Origin: Fidelibacterota bacterium
GTDB lineage: Bacteria > Fidelibacterota > Marinisomatia > Marinisomatales > TCS55
Reading direction: 5' to 3'
Length of the DNA stretch: 64,000 nt
Assembly: GCA_046861385.1 (NCBI GenBank)
Contig: JBHHTW010000002.1
Location: forward strand, 32,001-96,000
The notes under the pieces are model-generated. The model was not told the DNA's origin. It saw only the letters and a program-made list of their open reading frames with translations, and did no database searches. Made by a program: the position numbers and the translations under genes. Shown here piece by piece: positions 29,552-40,639 of the stretch (within the stretch, counting starts at the first letter, position 1; the number at the start of each line of letters is the position of its first letter).

Positions 29552-30547
29552 ATGAACTGGAACAAGGTAAATGAACTTATTAGTGGCGCAACTCGAATAT
29601 TGCTGACGTCACACGAAAATCCTGATGGAGACGGGTTAGGCTCTTCGTCTGCTTTGTATTATCATTTACTTGAGGAAGGGAAAGAATGTAAAATTATTAA
29701 TTATTCTGATTTTCCGGCAGAGTATTATTATTTGAATAAGGATCAAATATTTGAAACGTATCATTCCAATAAACATGATAAGTGGTTAAAAAACTGTGAT
29801 TTAGCAATTATTTTTGATGTTGGAGATTTTAACCGGCTGCGAAAGATTAAAGATATCATTGAAAAGTTCGGTATTAAAACTTTGAATATAGACCACCATC
29901 CACATCCAACCAATCATCCCTTTACAATCAATATAGTTGATACGAATGCCGCAGCCACCGGGTCGATGATTTATGAATATTTTCAGCAATTTAGACAAAG
30001 ACCGATTACAAAAAAAATCGGTGAAGGTATATACACTGCAGTAATGACTGATACGGGTTCATTTCGTTACTCCAATACGAATGAAGCGTGCCATGAAATA
30101 GCCATTGCTTGTTTGGCTGCCGGTGTGGATACGAGTAAAATCTACCAGAATGTTTATGAGTCAAAACCTCAGAGCAGTGTGCGATTATTGGCAAGGGTAA
30201 TTGATAATGTCAGGTTTGAGAATGATGGAATTTTTGCCTGGTTTACCATTGATAAATCAATGCTCGATTCTGTCGGTGCTACCTCAGCAGATGTTGACGG
30301 ATTTACTGATTTTGTACGTACGATCAAGGGAGTGGAAGTTTCAATGATGATTTTTGAAAACGGAGCTGACACTTGTAGATTAAATTTTCGTTCCAAAGGA
30401 ACCTATGCTGTAAACGACGTAGCGATTGCAATGGGTGGTGGTGGACATAAATTTGCAGCCGGGGCAATCGTACGGGGAAAAAAAGAAACTGTTATTCCTC
30501 AAGTCGTTGGTGCGGTCAAAGCATCATTGAGAAGGCAATCGGCTTGA
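29552..30547 (+). CDS. nrnA: DHH/DHHA1 phosphoesterase (NrnA-like)
   Basis: HENPDGD, IDHH, TDTGSF, FRSK, GGGGH. Confidence 0.88.
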   Translation: MNWNKVNELISGATRILLTSHENPDGDGLGSSSALYYHLLEEGKECKIINYSDFPAEYYYLNKDQIFETYHSNKHDKWLKNCDLAIIFDVGDFNRLRKIKDIIEKFGIKTLNIDHHPHPTNHPFTINIVDTNAAATGSMIYEYFQQFRQRPITKKIGEGIYTAVMTDTGSFRYSNTNEACHEIAIACLAAGVDTSKIYQNVYESKPQSSVRLLARVIDNVRFENDGIFAWFTIDKSMLDSVGATSADVDGFTDFVRTIKGVEVSMMIFENGADTCRLNFRSKGTYAVNDVAIAMGGGGHKFAAGAIVRGKKETVIPQVVGAVKASLRRQSA

Positions 30548-30548
30548 A

Positions 30549-31424
30549 ATGAAAATAATTATTGCTAAAGATGCAGGATATTGTTTTGGTGTTCGAGATG
30601 CTGTAAATCTGGCGTATGATACAGCACAAAATCATGGTGATGTATATATGCTAGGACACATTGTGCATAATGAAAATGTAGTTAAAAACCTTGATGAGGC
30701 TGGGGCAAAAGTAGTGCGTAAATTGAAAGATGTTCCTAATGAGAAGCCGATTTTATTCCGTGCCCATGGAACAGCCGCCGATGTTTGGGATAAAGCTCAC
30801 CAAAAGGAAATGAAAATCATTGATGCAACATGTCCACTTGTAAAAGAAATCCACGATGTCGTCAAAAATCTTGAAAAAGAAGGGCGGAACATTATTATTA
30901 TAGGAGATCACGGACACGATGAGGTGATCGGTATCGCCAGTCAAGTAGAAAATCCTATTGTCGTTGCAACTCCGGATGAAGCAAAGCAATTAAGAAAAAT
31001 GAAAAAGGCAGGAGTCGTCAGCCAGTCAACTCAAACTATTGAAAATGTTCAGGAAATTATTAATGTACTGATGACGAAAATATTTGACATAAACTTCGTG
31101 AATACAATATGTTTTCCAACAAAGCGAAATCAGCAGCAATTAAAAGATTTATCTGAAAAATGTGACGTAATGATTGTAATTGGTTCGTTTACAAGCGCAA
31201 ATTCGATGCGCTTGACCCAACTGGCAAAAGAGCGAAATGAGCGATCTTACCAAGTTACCTGTGCAGCGGATTTGGATCAAAATTGGTTTAACGATACGGA
31301 CGTTGTGGGTATTTCAGCTGGTGCCTCCACTCCAGATAATATTATTCACGAAGTCACCGAACGCATTAAAAGTTTTACGAAAACAATAGAAGAGGAATTG
31401 GTCTATGAGCAAAGGACAATTTGA
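30549..31424 (+). CDS. ispH: 4-hydroxy-3-methylbut-2-enyl diphosphate reductase
   Basis: GYCFGV, IVHN, AHG, DATCP, NTIC, SANS, AGASTP. Confidence 0.95.
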   Translation: MKIIIAKDAGYCFGVRDAVNLAYDTAQNHGDVYMLGHIVHNENVVKNLDEAGAKVVRKLKDVPNEKPILFRAHGTAADVWDKAHQKEMKIIDATCPLVKEIHDVVKNLEKEGRNIIIIGDHGHDEVIGIASQVENPIVVATPDEAKQLRKMKKAGVVSQSTQTIENVQEIINVLMTKIFDINFVNTICFPTKRNQQQLKDLSEKCDVMIVIGSFTSANSMRLTQLAKERNERSYQVTCAADLDQNWFNDTDVVGISAGASTPDNIIHEVTERIKSFTKTIEEELVYEQRTI

Positions 31425-32286
31425 AGTAAATATAGGTTTAGCAGAAATGTTGAAAGGGGGCGTCATTATGGACGTCATGAACCCGAAGCAGGCTCGCATT
31501 GCTGAGGATGCCGGCGCTGTTGCCGTGATGGCACTGGAACGCATTCCAGCGTTGATTCGTGCTGAAGGCGGCATTTCCCGTATGAGTGATCCCAAAATGA
31601 TAAAGGATATTCAAAAAGAAGTATCCATCCCGGTGATGGCAAAAGTTCGTATCGGACATTTTGCAGAAGCCCAAATCTTGGAATCATTGGAAGTAGATTT
31701 CATTGATGAGAGCGAAGTTCTAACACCGGCAGATGAGCACAATCATATATGGAAACATGATTTTAAAGTACCGTTTGTATGCGGCTGCCGTGATTTGGGA
31801 GAAGCTTTGCGCCGCATTGGTGAAGGTGCCGCAATGATTCGAACGAAAGGTGAAGCCGGAAGTGGTAATATTGTGGAAGCGGTGCGTCACATGAGAAAAG
31901 TAATGGGTCAAATAAAAGAGTTAACAGTCATGAATCATGATTTACTAATGGCGCGAGCGAAAGAATTGGGTGCACCATTCAGTTTGGTTCAGCAGGTGGC
32001 GAAATTAGGTAAATTACCCGTTCCCAATTTTGCAGCAGGTGGAATTGCCACACCGGCTGATGCGTCTCTTATGATGCAATTGGGTGCAGAAACGGTTTTT
32101 GTTGGATCCGGCATTTTTATGAGTGAAGACCCCTCTGCCAGAGCAAAAGCAATTGTTGAGGCAGTAACGTATTACGACGATCCAAAAAAATTATCCGAAA
32201 TTTCTTTTGGGCTAAAAAAAGCCATGGAAGGTTTGGAAATATCCAAAATCCCGGAGGAAGAACGTCTACAGGAACGGGGTTGGTAA
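31405..32286 (+). CDS. pdxS: Pyridoxal 5'-phosphate synthase subunit PdxS
   Basis: [44 protein letters not shown]. Confidence 0.97.
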   Translation: MSKGQFEVNIGLAEMLKGGVIMDVMNPKQARIAEDAGAVAVMALERIPALIRAEGGISRMSDPKMIKDIQKEVSIPVMAKVRIGHFAEAQILESLEVDFIDESEVLTPADEHNHIWKHDFKVPFVCGCRDLGEALRRIGEGAAMIRTKGEAGSGNIVEAVRHMRKVMGQIKELTVMNHDLLMARAKELGAPFSLVQQVAKLGKLPVPNFAAGGIATPADASLMMQLGAETVFVGSGIFMSEDPSARAKAIVEAVTYYDDPKKLSEISFGLKKAMEGLEISKIPEEERLQERGW

Positions 32287-32297
32287 TTGGTGATAAA

Positions 32298-32897
32298 ATG
32301 AGGATTGGGGTTTTAGCTTTACAGGGCGACTATGAAAAGCATTCCAGAATTCTGGATGAACTTGGTCTGGATAATAGCCTAGTCCGATATCCTGATGAAT
32401 TAAATGATATCGATGGTCTCGTTATTCCCGGTGGTGAATCAACTACGCTAACACGATTAATGATTCGAATGAATTTTTATCAAGCAATAACTGAATATGC
32501 AAAAGAAAAACCCATTCTTGGAACCTGCGCAGGATTGATTATAATGGCACGGAATGTTAATCATGAACTTGTAAGGCCACTTGGATTACTTGATATTGAA
32601 GTGGATCGTAATGGCTACGGCAGACAAATATATTCATTCACCGATATGCTGCCAATTCAGTTAAATAATCGTTTTGAAAAAATTCCAGCCACATTTATCC
32701 GTGCACCAAAAATTGTGAAGGCAGGGAAGAATATCGAAATATTAGCTGAATCCAATGGAGAAATTTGTGCTGTAAAACAAGGCATACACTATGGATTATC
32801 ATTCCATCCGGAGCTTGATGGAGTTTCCATATTTCATCGATTGGCATTTTTATCAGATTCGATTTCTCTCAATAAGGAAAAATCACATGCGGCTTGA
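32298..32897 (+). CDS. pdxT: PLP synthase glutaminase subunit PdxT
   Basis: IGVLALQG, PGGESTT, GTCAG, FIRAP, FHPE; ATG 32298 preferred. Confidence 0.95.
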   Translation: MRIGVLALQGDYEKHSRILDELGLDNSLVRYPDELNDIDGLVIPGGESTTLTRLMIRMNFYQAITEYAKEKPILGTCAGLIIMARNVNHELVRPLGLLDIEVDRNGYGRQIYSFTDMLPIQLNNRFEKIPATFIRAPKIVKAGKNIEILAESNGEICAVKQGIHYGLSFHPELDGVSIFHRLAFLSDSISLNKEKSHAA

Positions 32898-34782
32898 ACT
32901 ACTTCCAAATATAAAATCACCTGATGATATTAAAGATTTTGATATAGATCGCCTCAAGCAATTATGTGAGGAAATTCGAGAATATACAATTGATGTGGTT
33001 ACAAAGACAGGTGGTCATCTTGCGCCAACATTAGGGGTCGTGGAATTATCAGTCGCACTTCATCATGTCTTTGATACACCCAAAGACAAGTTGGTTTGGG
33101 ACGTGGGTCATCAGGGTTATGCCCATAAAATATTAACCGGACGATTTGAAGAGTTCAAAACCAACCGCCAATACAAAGGTTTGAGCGGATTTTTAAAACA
33201 GTCCGAAAGTGAATATGATGTATTCGGGGCAGGCCATGCCTCCACGTCCATATCTTCCGCATTGGGAATCGCAACAGCAAGGGATCATCATCATGATAAT
33301 TTCAGAGTTTGTGCCATTATCGGGGATGGTGCTATGACAGGGGGTCTGGCATATGAAGGGTTGAATAATGCCGGTCATCTACGGAAGCAATTACTCGTTA
33401 TACTAAATGACAATGAAATGTCTATTAGTCCGAATGTCGGGGCGATTAGAACTTATTTAACCCATATCATTACAAATCCGCTTTACAACCGTGTACGTGA
33501 CGAAATTTGGAAACTAACTGGGGGTATTCCCGGGGGTAAAAAAGTTTTTCGTGTTTTCCTCAAAAAATTGGAAGAAGGACTAAAAAGTATGATTGTACCT
33601 GGTATCATTTTTGATGAATTGGGTTTCCGTTATTTTGGTCCGATTGATGGACATAATATGGAAGAAATTGTTCATACCTTAAATAATATTAAAGATATCA
33701 AAACACCTGTACTTCTTCATGTAATTACCAAAAAGGGAAAAGGTATGGTCGTAGCGGAACAAGATCCGGTTGGCTACCATGGAGTGAAGGGAACAGTCAA
33801 ACCCAGTACAAATGGAAAACTGGTACCGGCTTCATCCATTCCGTCATTTCAAACTGTATTTGGACATTTGTCAAGAGAAGTAGCCCGGAATAACGATGAA
33901 GTGGTGTGTGTTACCGCAGCCATGCGGGAAGGAACCGGATTAGTCCCTTATGCAAAAGAATTCCCAGATCGATTTTACGATGTTGGAATCGCTGAGGGTC
34001 ATGGAATTACATTTTCAGCTGGGTTGGCTGTGGAAGGTATGCGCCCGATTTGTGCGATTTATTCAACATTTTTGCAAAGGGCTTTTGACCACATTGTTCA
34101 TGATGTAGCCATCCAGCACTTACCTGTCATCTTCTGCATGGATCGTGCAGGTATTGCAGGTGAAGATGGCCCCACACACCATGGCGCTCTAGATATTTCC
34201 TATTTGCGCTGCATTCAGGATATGATTGTTACGTCACCCAAGAACGGTGACCAGTTCAGGAATCTATTATATACTGCTTTAAACTATGAAGAAGGTCCTT
34301 TTGCCATTCGTTACCCTAAAGACAGTTCAGTGGTTTTCAATGAACATGGTCAGGCAGAATTACTCCCCATTGGGAATTGGGACATAGAAAAACATGGATC
34401 AGATGTAGTCATTTTAGTCGTTGGACCATTGGTTTATGATGCAATCCAAGCAGCTGAAAATTTTGAATCTGATGGTATAAGTTGTGAGGTGGTCAGTTGT
34501 CAATTTATTAAACCGATGGATGAAGCTTATTTACAATCAATTATAGGAAAATTTTCAATCGTATTAACGATTGAAGAAGGAGTAATAATGGGTGGTTTTG
34601 GAGACGGCGTCTCATCGTGGCTGTCTGAAAACGGATTTGGCGGCTATGTAAAGCGATTGGGGTTACCGGATAAATTTGTCGAGCATGGTCCTCGGCCTAT
34701 TCTTTTGGACAAATTGGGTTTAGATACAAACGGAATAATCAAAACCTTAAAACGCCTGGTGGCCATTTCCGCTCAAGTATAA
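32887..34782 (+). CDS. dxs: 1-deoxy-D-xylulose-5-phosphate synthase
   Basis: WDVGHQ, GHASTS, GDGAMTGG..NDN, DVGIAE, DRAGIAGEDGPTHHG; start moved to ATG 32887. Confidence 0.95.
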   Translation: MRLELLPNIKSPDDIKDFDIDRLKQLCEEIREYTIDVVTKTGGHLAPTLGVVELSVALHHVFDTPKDKLVWDVGHQGYAHKILTGRFEEFKTNRQYKGLSGFLKQSESEYDVFGAGHASTSISSALGIATARDHHHDNFRVCAIIGDGAMTGGLAYEGLNNAGHLRKQLLVILNDNEMSISPNVGAIRTYLTHIITNPLYNRVRDEIWKLTGGIPGGKKVFRVFLKKLEEGLKSMIVPGIIFDELGFRYFGPIDGHNMEEIVHTLNNIKDIKTPVLLHVITKKGKGMVVAEQDPVGYHGVKGTVKPSTNGKLVPASSIPSFQTVFGHLSREVARNNDEVVCVTAAMREGTGLVPYAKEFPDRFYDVGIAEGHGITFSAGLAVEGMRPICAIYSTFLQRAFDHIVHDVAIQHLPVIFCMDRAGIAGEDGPTHHGALDISYLRCIQDMIVTSPKNGDQFRNLLYTALNYEEGPFAIRYPKDSSVVFNEHGQAELLPIGNWDIEKHGSDVVILVVGPLVYDAIQAAENFESDGISCEVVSCQFIKPMDEAYLQSIIGKFSIVLTIEEGVIMGGFGDGVSSWLSENGFGGYVKRLGLPDKFVEHGPRPILLDKLGLDTNGIIKTLKRLVAISAQV

Positions 34783-34789
34783 CACAAAT

Positions 34790-36520
34790 ATGAATTCAGT
34801 AACTCTTGCATTATTTGGTTTTATTGCATTTTTTCTTGGGTATCGGTTCTATTCCAAATGGTTAAGTAACCGTATTTATGACCTCAAAGAAAACATAATA
34901 ACGCCTGCACACGAGTTCCGGGATAATATTGACTTCCTTCCCACAAAGAAACACATATTATTCGGACATCATTTTACTTCTATTGCAGGTGCAGCACCAA
35001 TTATTGGTCCATGTGTCGCAGCTTATTGGGGGTGGCTTCCCGCCATTTTATGGATAGTATTAGGAACTGTATTCATCGGTGCAGTTCATGATTTTGGTGC
35101 ATTAGTTATTAGTGTAAAAGAAAAGGGGAAAAGTATAGCGGATATTTCTGGAAAAATCCTGAATGGTCGTATTCGAATTCTCTTTTTAATATTTATTATT
35201 TTACTCATTTGGCTGGTATTGGCTGTATTCGCTATGGCAATCGCTGATTTATTTGTTGCCGTCCCAACATCAGTTTTACCTATCAATATAGAGATTATTA
35301 TTGCAATCTGTATTGGCTGGCTGATTTATAAAAAGCAAATGGGAGTATTCATGCCGTCGCTGGCAGCATTAATTTTACTCTACATTTTTATTTGGTTTGG
35401 ATCGCAAAATCCATTGAGCTTTGAATCCGTGGGATTCAGCAAGGTTCAGGCGACAAATACTTGGGTGATTTTATTATTTATTTACTCAGGAATCGCATCG
35501 ATGCTACCAGTTTGGTTTTTGCTTCAACCAAGAGATTATATAAACAGCCATCAGCTCATCGTTGGACTTGCTCTATTATATATCGGCGTTTTTGTGGCAC
35601 ATCCTGTGCTGGATGCGCCCGCATGGCACCTTGCCCAGGATAGTCCACCCATTTTTCCATTATTGTTTGTGACCATCGCTTGTGGAGCCATCAGTGGATT
35701 CCATGGATTGGTTTCATCCGGCACTTCCTCAAAGCAATTGAATCAATTATCCGATGCAAGAATGGTGGGATATGGAGGTGCCGTCGGTGAAGGGACATTG
35801 GCATTGGCTTCAACGATTGCAGCAGTCGCAGGAATTTCTTTGGTTGGTCAGTGCAGCCTTCCAGCTGTAGGAAGCGTTGTGGACTTAAATTGGTCAGTTT
35901 ATTATGATACGTGGGCACATGCATCTGGGAATAAAGCAGCTGCCTTTGTTTTGGGTGGGGGCGCATTAATCGAATCATTAGGGTTGTCATCCAACTTGGC
36001 AACAACTCTCATGGCTGTATTGGTCATATCTTTTGCTGCGACAACTTTAGACACAGCCACACGTATCCAGCGGTTTATTCTGGCAGAATTGGGAATTGTT
36101 TTAAATGTCAAACCCCTAAAAAATAAGTTTATCGCTACATTTCTTGCCATCATTCCGGCCATGCTTCTCGTTTTCACAAATGTGCCGGATCCAGGTACCG
36201 GAGTAGTTAAACAGACTGGTTGGGTACTCTGGCCTATTTTTGGCGCGAGTAATCAGATGCTGGCTGGGTTGACACTTATGACTTTAACATTGTATTTCTA
36301 CATGCGTAAAAAGCCAATATTCCCATTATTAATTCCAATGCTATTCATCATGGGAATCACTATTTACTCCTTATGGATAAAAGCAATACAATTTTATGGA
36401 TCTAATTCACTCTTATTTTCTTTAAATGTACTCTTAATATGCTTAATTCTTTGGATGATTATTGAAGGTATTGTGATCGTTTTTAATAAGGTAAAAAAGA
36501 ACGAATTAAAAAACAAATAA
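34790..36520 (+). CDS. cstA: Carbon starvation protein A family transporter
   Basis: GHHFTSIAGAAPIIGP, GAVHDFG, LLQPRDY, IACGAISGFH, TTLDT, WPIFGASNQ. Confidence 0.92.
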   Translation: MNSVTLALFGFIAFFLGYRFYSKWLSNRIYDLKENIITPAHEFRDNIDFLPTKKHILFGHHFTSIAGAAPIIGPCVAAYWGWLPAILWIVLGTVFIGAVHDFGALVISVKEKGKSIADISGKILNGRIRILFLIFIILLIWLVLAVFAMAIADLFVAVPTSVLPINIEIIIAICIGWLIYKKQMGVFMPSLAALILLYIFIWFGSQNPLSFESVGFSKVQATNTWVILLFIYSGIASMLPVWFLLQPRDYINSHQLIVGLALLYIGVFVAHPVLDAPAWHLAQDSPPIFPLLFVTIACGAISGFHGLVSSGTSSKQLNQLSDARMVGYGGAVGEGTLALASTIAAVAGISLVGQCSLPAVGSVVDLNWSVYYDTWAHASGNKAAAFVLGGGALIESLGLSSNLATTLMAVLVISFAATTLDTATRIQRFILAELGIVLNVKPLKNKFIATFLAIIPAMLLVFTNVPDPGTGVVKQTGWVLWPIFGASNQMLAGLTLMTLTLYFYMRKKPIFPLLIPMLFIMGITIYSLWIKAIQFYGSNSLLFSLNVLLICLILWMIIEGIVIVFNKVKKNELKNK

Positions 36521-36574
36521 CGTACCGATATATCTCGATATGGAGCTAATTTACCCGCTTGTATTACGTGCAAA

Positions 36575-38233
36575 ATGGACGAACAATTAAATATTTTTCG
36601 TGATGCTGAACATACCTGGCAAGAAGATGTTAATTCATCTGAAAGTCGCCAGTATAGTTTTGATACCCTCAGTGGTGAACATTTAGACCCGCTTTATTAT
36701 CCGAATAAATATATAAAAGGATACTTGGAAAAGCAGGGATTTCCTGGTCAGTTTCCGTTCACTCGTGGTATACATGCGAATATGTACCGTGGAAAACTGT
36801 GGACAATGCGACAATTTGCCGGTTTTGGAACCCCAGAAGAAACCAATAAAAGATATCATTATTTATTAGAGAGCGGTCAGACAGGATTATCAGTTGCATA
36901 CGACATGCCCACTCTGATGGGTTATGACCCAGATCACCCTTTTGCAGCAGGTGAGGTTGGAAAATGCGGAGTCAATGTTTCGTCGTTGTTGGATATGGAG
37001 CGGTTATTTGATGGAATTAATTTGAGTGATATTTCAGTTTCTCAAACGATTAATGGGCCTGCAGTCATTTTACTGGCGTTTTATATTGCTGTAGCTGAAA
37101 ATCAAAATGTTCCATTGGAGAACCTTCGAGGCACCCTTCAAAATGATATTTTGAAAGAATTTATTGCTCAGAAAGAATGGATTTTCCCTCCGGAACCTTC
37201 CATGCGAATTATTACGGACATGATGAAATATTGCTCAAAACATATGCCCAAATTCAACACCATTTCTATTAGCGGTTACCACATTAGGGAAGCTGGTTCT
37301 ACCGCCGCACAGGAATTAGCATTTACGCTTGCAGATGGATTTTGTTACGTGGATTACGCAATAAAAGCCGGTTTAGATATCGATGAGTTTGCTCCTCGTC
37401 TATCCTTTTTCTTTAATTCCCACTTGGATTTTTTTGAAGAGATAGCCAAGTTTCGAGCTGCGCGTCGAATTTGGGCAAGATATATGAAAGAAAAATATGG
37501 TGCAGAGAATTCAAAATCGTGGAAATTGCGATTTCATACCCAAACAGCAGGATGTTCTTTAACGGCACAGCAGCCGGAGATAAATATTGCAAGAACTGCT
37601 TTCCAGGCAATGGCCGGCGTATTAGGCGGAACTCAATCTCTCCATACGAACTCTATGGATGAGACCTTGGCATTACCGTCAAAAAAAGCTGCAGAAATTG
37701 CATTGCGTACGCAACAGCTTATCGCATATGAAACGGGTGTTGCAAACATTACCGACCCGATGGGAGGATCCTGGCTTATAGAAGAATTGACGGATCGACT
37801 GGAAAAGAAAGCGGAAGACTATTTTAAAAAAATTGATGAAATAGGAGGTGTAATACCTGCAATTGAGAAGGGATTTTTTCAAAGAGAAATTGCTCAATCC
37901 GCGTCAGATTATCAGCGCAAGGTGGACAGTAAACAACGAATTGTTGTTGGTGTGAACGCCTATGTAAAGAAAGATGAAGAAATTGATATACCCATTTTAG
38001 AAATTGGAGATGAGGTATACAGTCTACAACTCAAGTCATTGAATAAATTAAAAGCAAAAAGAAACGAAAAAGAGGTTCAACAAGCATTGTCTAATATCAC
38101 AGATGCTTGCGGGACAAAAAATAATTTAATTGAACCAATCATAAAAGCTGCCAAAGCCTATGCGACATTAGGTGAAATTGTCACCTCATTAAAAGCAGAA
38201 TTCGGCGAATGGCAGGAAGCAGCGGTATTTTAA
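36575..38233 (+). CDS. icmA: Adenosylcobalamin-dependent acyl-CoA mutase large subunit with isobutyryl-CoA mutase signature
   Basis: MCM-family barrel without a B12-binding domain; WTMRQF (F81) and KEFIAQ (Q199). Confidence 0.75.
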   Translation: MDEQLNIFRDAEHTWQEDVNSSESRQYSFDTLSGEHLDPLYYPNKYIKGYLEKQGFPGQFPFTRGIHANMYRGKLWTMRQFAGFGTPEETNKRYHYLLESGQTGLSVAYDMPTLMGYDPDHPFAAGEVGKCGVNVSSLLDMERLFDGINLSDISVSQTINGPAVILLAFYIAVAENQNVPLENLRGTLQNDILKEFIAQKEWIFPPEPSMRIITDMMKYCSKHMPKFNTISISGYHIREAGSTAAQELAFTLADGFCYVDYAIKAGLDIDEFAPRLSFFFNSHLDFFEEIAKFRAARRIWARYMKEKYGAENSKSWKLRFHTQTAGCSLTAQQPEINIARTAFQAMAGVLGGTQSLHTNSMDETLALPSKKAAEIALRTQQLIAYETGVANITDPMGGSWLIEELTDRLEKKAEDYFKKIDEIGGVIPAIEKGFFQREIAQSASDYQRKVDSKQRIVVGVNAYVKKDEEIDIPILEIGDEVYSLQLKSLNKLKAKRNEKEVQQALSNITDACGTKNNLIEPIIKAAKAYATLGEIVTSLKAEFGEWQEAAVF

Positions 38234-38234
38234 A

Positions 38235-38669
38235 ATGGAATCAAAAAACAAATTTTATTTTGCAATTGCGATAGTAGGAATTGTCGTAATCTTCTGGATT
38301 TGGTGGGCGTCGTCCAATCCAGTAAATGAACAAGCCTTAGTCACGTTTCTATCAGTAGAAGAATTGATGGATGATGGAATTTCTGACCGGGTCCGATTAG
38401 GCGGATTAGTCGAGGATGGATCCATCCAATTAAATGAAGACAATTTCATGATATGTAACTTCGAGCTAAAAGAAGGAGACTATAATTTGCCTGTGAAATA
38501 TACAGGAGTTCGTCCGGATTTATTCAAAGATGGCGCAGAAGTTATTGTGGAAGGAAATTATAAAAATGGTGTATTTGTTGCAGATGTTTTGCAAACCAAA
38601 TGTGCTTCAAGGTATGAAGGTGATTTAAGGGATGCTGACAGTAACAATGCAAAAGAAGAGTCTATATGA
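38235..38669 (+). CDS. ccmE: Heme chaperone CcmE, CxxxY variant
   Basis: VRLGGLV, PDLFKDGAEVIVEG, TKCASRY. Confidence 0.9.
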   Translation: MESKNKFYFAIAIVGIVVIFWIWWASSNPVNEQALVTFLSVEELMDDGISDRVRLGGLVEDGSIQLNEDNFMICNFELKEGDYNLPVKYTGVRPDLFKDGAEVIVEGNYKNGVFVADVLQTKCASRYEGDLRDADSNNAKEESI

Positions 38670-40639
38670 TTCCAGTTATCGGTGGTCTGGCCCTTAATCT
38701 AGCCTTAGGCCTTTCTATTATCACTATTATCCTTCTTTCTTTTCATCTTTACGCCGGGGATAACCGCTTGTATTTATCCGGTCAACGTGCGGCACTGGCA
38801 GTTTCTTTTGTAAGTATGTTTGCAACAATGGTTCTAGTACAATTGTTAATGACAAGCAATTTTGACGTAGATTACGTTGCCCATTATACAAGTCTGGAAA
38901 CTCCAACCATTTTTAAAATAACAGCACTTTGGGCAGGTCAGGCAGGATCTTTGTTATTTTGGCTGTTTATCCTTTCCGTATATGCTGTAATTGCCATATT
39001 ACAAAATCAGCGATCCCAACAAAGATTAATGCCCTGGGTCATGATCATTATTACTGCAGTCCAATTATTTTTTCTTATTTTAGTTAATTATGTTACCAAT
39101 CCTTTTAAACCGACAGAAGCAGATTTTACGATTATAAACGGGCTCGGTTTGAACCCTCTTTTACAAAATGCAACCATGGCAATTCACCCACCCATGTTGT
39201 ATTTAGGATTTGTAGGATTTACAATTCCATTTGCATTTTCAATTGCAGGAATGGCTCAAAAGGAAATGAATGCATTATGGATGAGGACAGTAAGAATTTG
39301 GCTCCTTTTCGTGTGGTTAATGCTAAGTATTGGGATCATTTTAGGTGGTTGGTGGGCATATCAAGAACTTGGATGGGGAGGATATTGGGCTTGGGACCCT
39401 GTTGAAAATGCCTCATTTATGCCGTGGCTGACTGGAACAGCTTTACTTCATTCAATCATTATCCAAGAAAAGAAAAACATGCTGAAATTCTGGAATATGA
39501 TTCTCATCATCATCACATTCACACTGTGCATTTTCGGTACTTTTTTAACTCGAAGCGGTATTATGTCTTCTGTGCATTCATTTACTGCTTCCTCTCTGGG
39601 GCCAATATTCATCAGTTTTGTTATATTAATATTTATCGGATCATTTTCCCTTCTATTTTTCCGAAGAAAGTTTCTTCAAACTGAGAAACGAATCGAATCG
39701 TTTACATCAAGAGAAAGCGGGTTTTTGTTTAATAACGTTATTTTTGTCGTTATGTGCTTTGCTGTATTCTGGGGGACATTATTCCCAGTCATTTCAGAAG
39801 CGGTGAGGGGAACAAAAATCACAGTTGGAGCGCCATTTTTTAATCAAGTAAATATTCCTATCGGTTTGATTCTTTTATTCTTAACCGGCGTTGGACCTCT
39901 GCTGGTATGGCGCCGAACATCGTCACAAAGTATGATTCGTAATTTTACCATTCCCATAACGATGGGGATGATAACTGCATTCATACTATTTTTGCTGAAA
40001 ATACGAGGATATGTATTGATTTCATTCTCATTATCTTCATTTGTACTTACTACAATTTTAATGGAATTTGCAAAAGGGATACGATCAAGAATGAAATCCC
40101 ATAATGAGAACTTGATTCTGGCATTTTGGCATTTAATACGTAAGAATCGCAGTCGATATGGTGGTTATATTGTTCATATTGGAGTTGTACTCATGTTTGT
40201 CGGGTTTACCGGACATGCGTTTGATAGCGAGAAGGAATTTGGACTCAAGATTGGCGGGAAAGAACATTTAGATCATTATCGGTTTGAATTATTAAGAATT
40301 AGCGAACAGGAACTTCCAAATTACTACACCTGGATCGCTGACTTAAAGCTATCGGACGATGATGGAAAAACTATCACAATTTTGCATCCTGAAAAGAGAA
40401 TATATTTTCACAACAATCCTGATCCAAATCGACGCCAGCCGCATAGTGAATTGGATATTTATAACCAAATAAATCTTGATGTTTATTCAATATTCAACGG
40501 TATTGATTTAGAAAATGAGGTTGCATATTTTAAAATAATGATTAATCCACTAGTGAATTGGGTTTGGATCGGTGGATACATTTTTGTATTAGGCACATTA
40601 ATTGCCCTTTTTCCAACCAGGAAGGGAGAATCTATATGA
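38666..40639 (+). CDS. ccmF: Heme lyase CcmF
   Basis: WAGQAGSLL, GLNPLLQ, IHPP, WGGYWAWDPVEN, SVHSF. Confidence 0.95.
   Translation: MIPVIGGLALNLALGLSIITIILLSFHLYAGDNRLYLSGQRAALAVSFVSMFATMVLVQLLMTSNFDVDYVAHYTSLETPTIFKITALWAGQAGSLLFWLFILSVYAVIAILQNQRSQQRLMPWVMIIITAVQLFFLILVNYVTNPFKPTEADFTIINGLGLNPLLQNATMAIHPPMLYLGFVGFTIPFAFSIAGMAQKEMNALWMRTVRIWLLFVWLMLSIGIILGGWWAYQELGWGGYWAWDPVENASFMPWLTGTALLHSIIIQEKKNMLKFWNMILIIITFTLCIFGTFLTRSGIMSSVHSFTASSLGPIFISFVILIFIGSFSLLFFRRKFLQTEKRIESFTSRESGFLFNNVIFVVMCFAVFWGTLFPVISEAVRGTKITVGAPFFNQVNIPIGLILLFLTGVGPLLVWRRTSSQSMIRNFTIPITMGMITAFILFLLKIRGYVLISFSLSSFVLTTILMEFAKGIRSRMKSHNENLILAFWHLIRKNRSRYGGYIVHIGVVLMFVGFTGHAFDSEKEFGLKIGGKEHLDHYRFELLRISEQELPNYYTWIADLKLSDDDGKTITILHPEKRIYFHNNPDPNRRQPHSELDIYNQINLDVYSIFNGIDLENEVAYFKIMINPLVNWVWIGGYIFVLGTLIALFPTRKGESI

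Noticed and set aside
10363-40635. Long upstream extensions of nuoB, nuoD, nqrA, nqrF, apbE, dxs and the ccmI-like gene in the ORF track
   Set aside because: They run through the preceding gene; downstream starts match family N-termini, SD position or stop/start overlaps.
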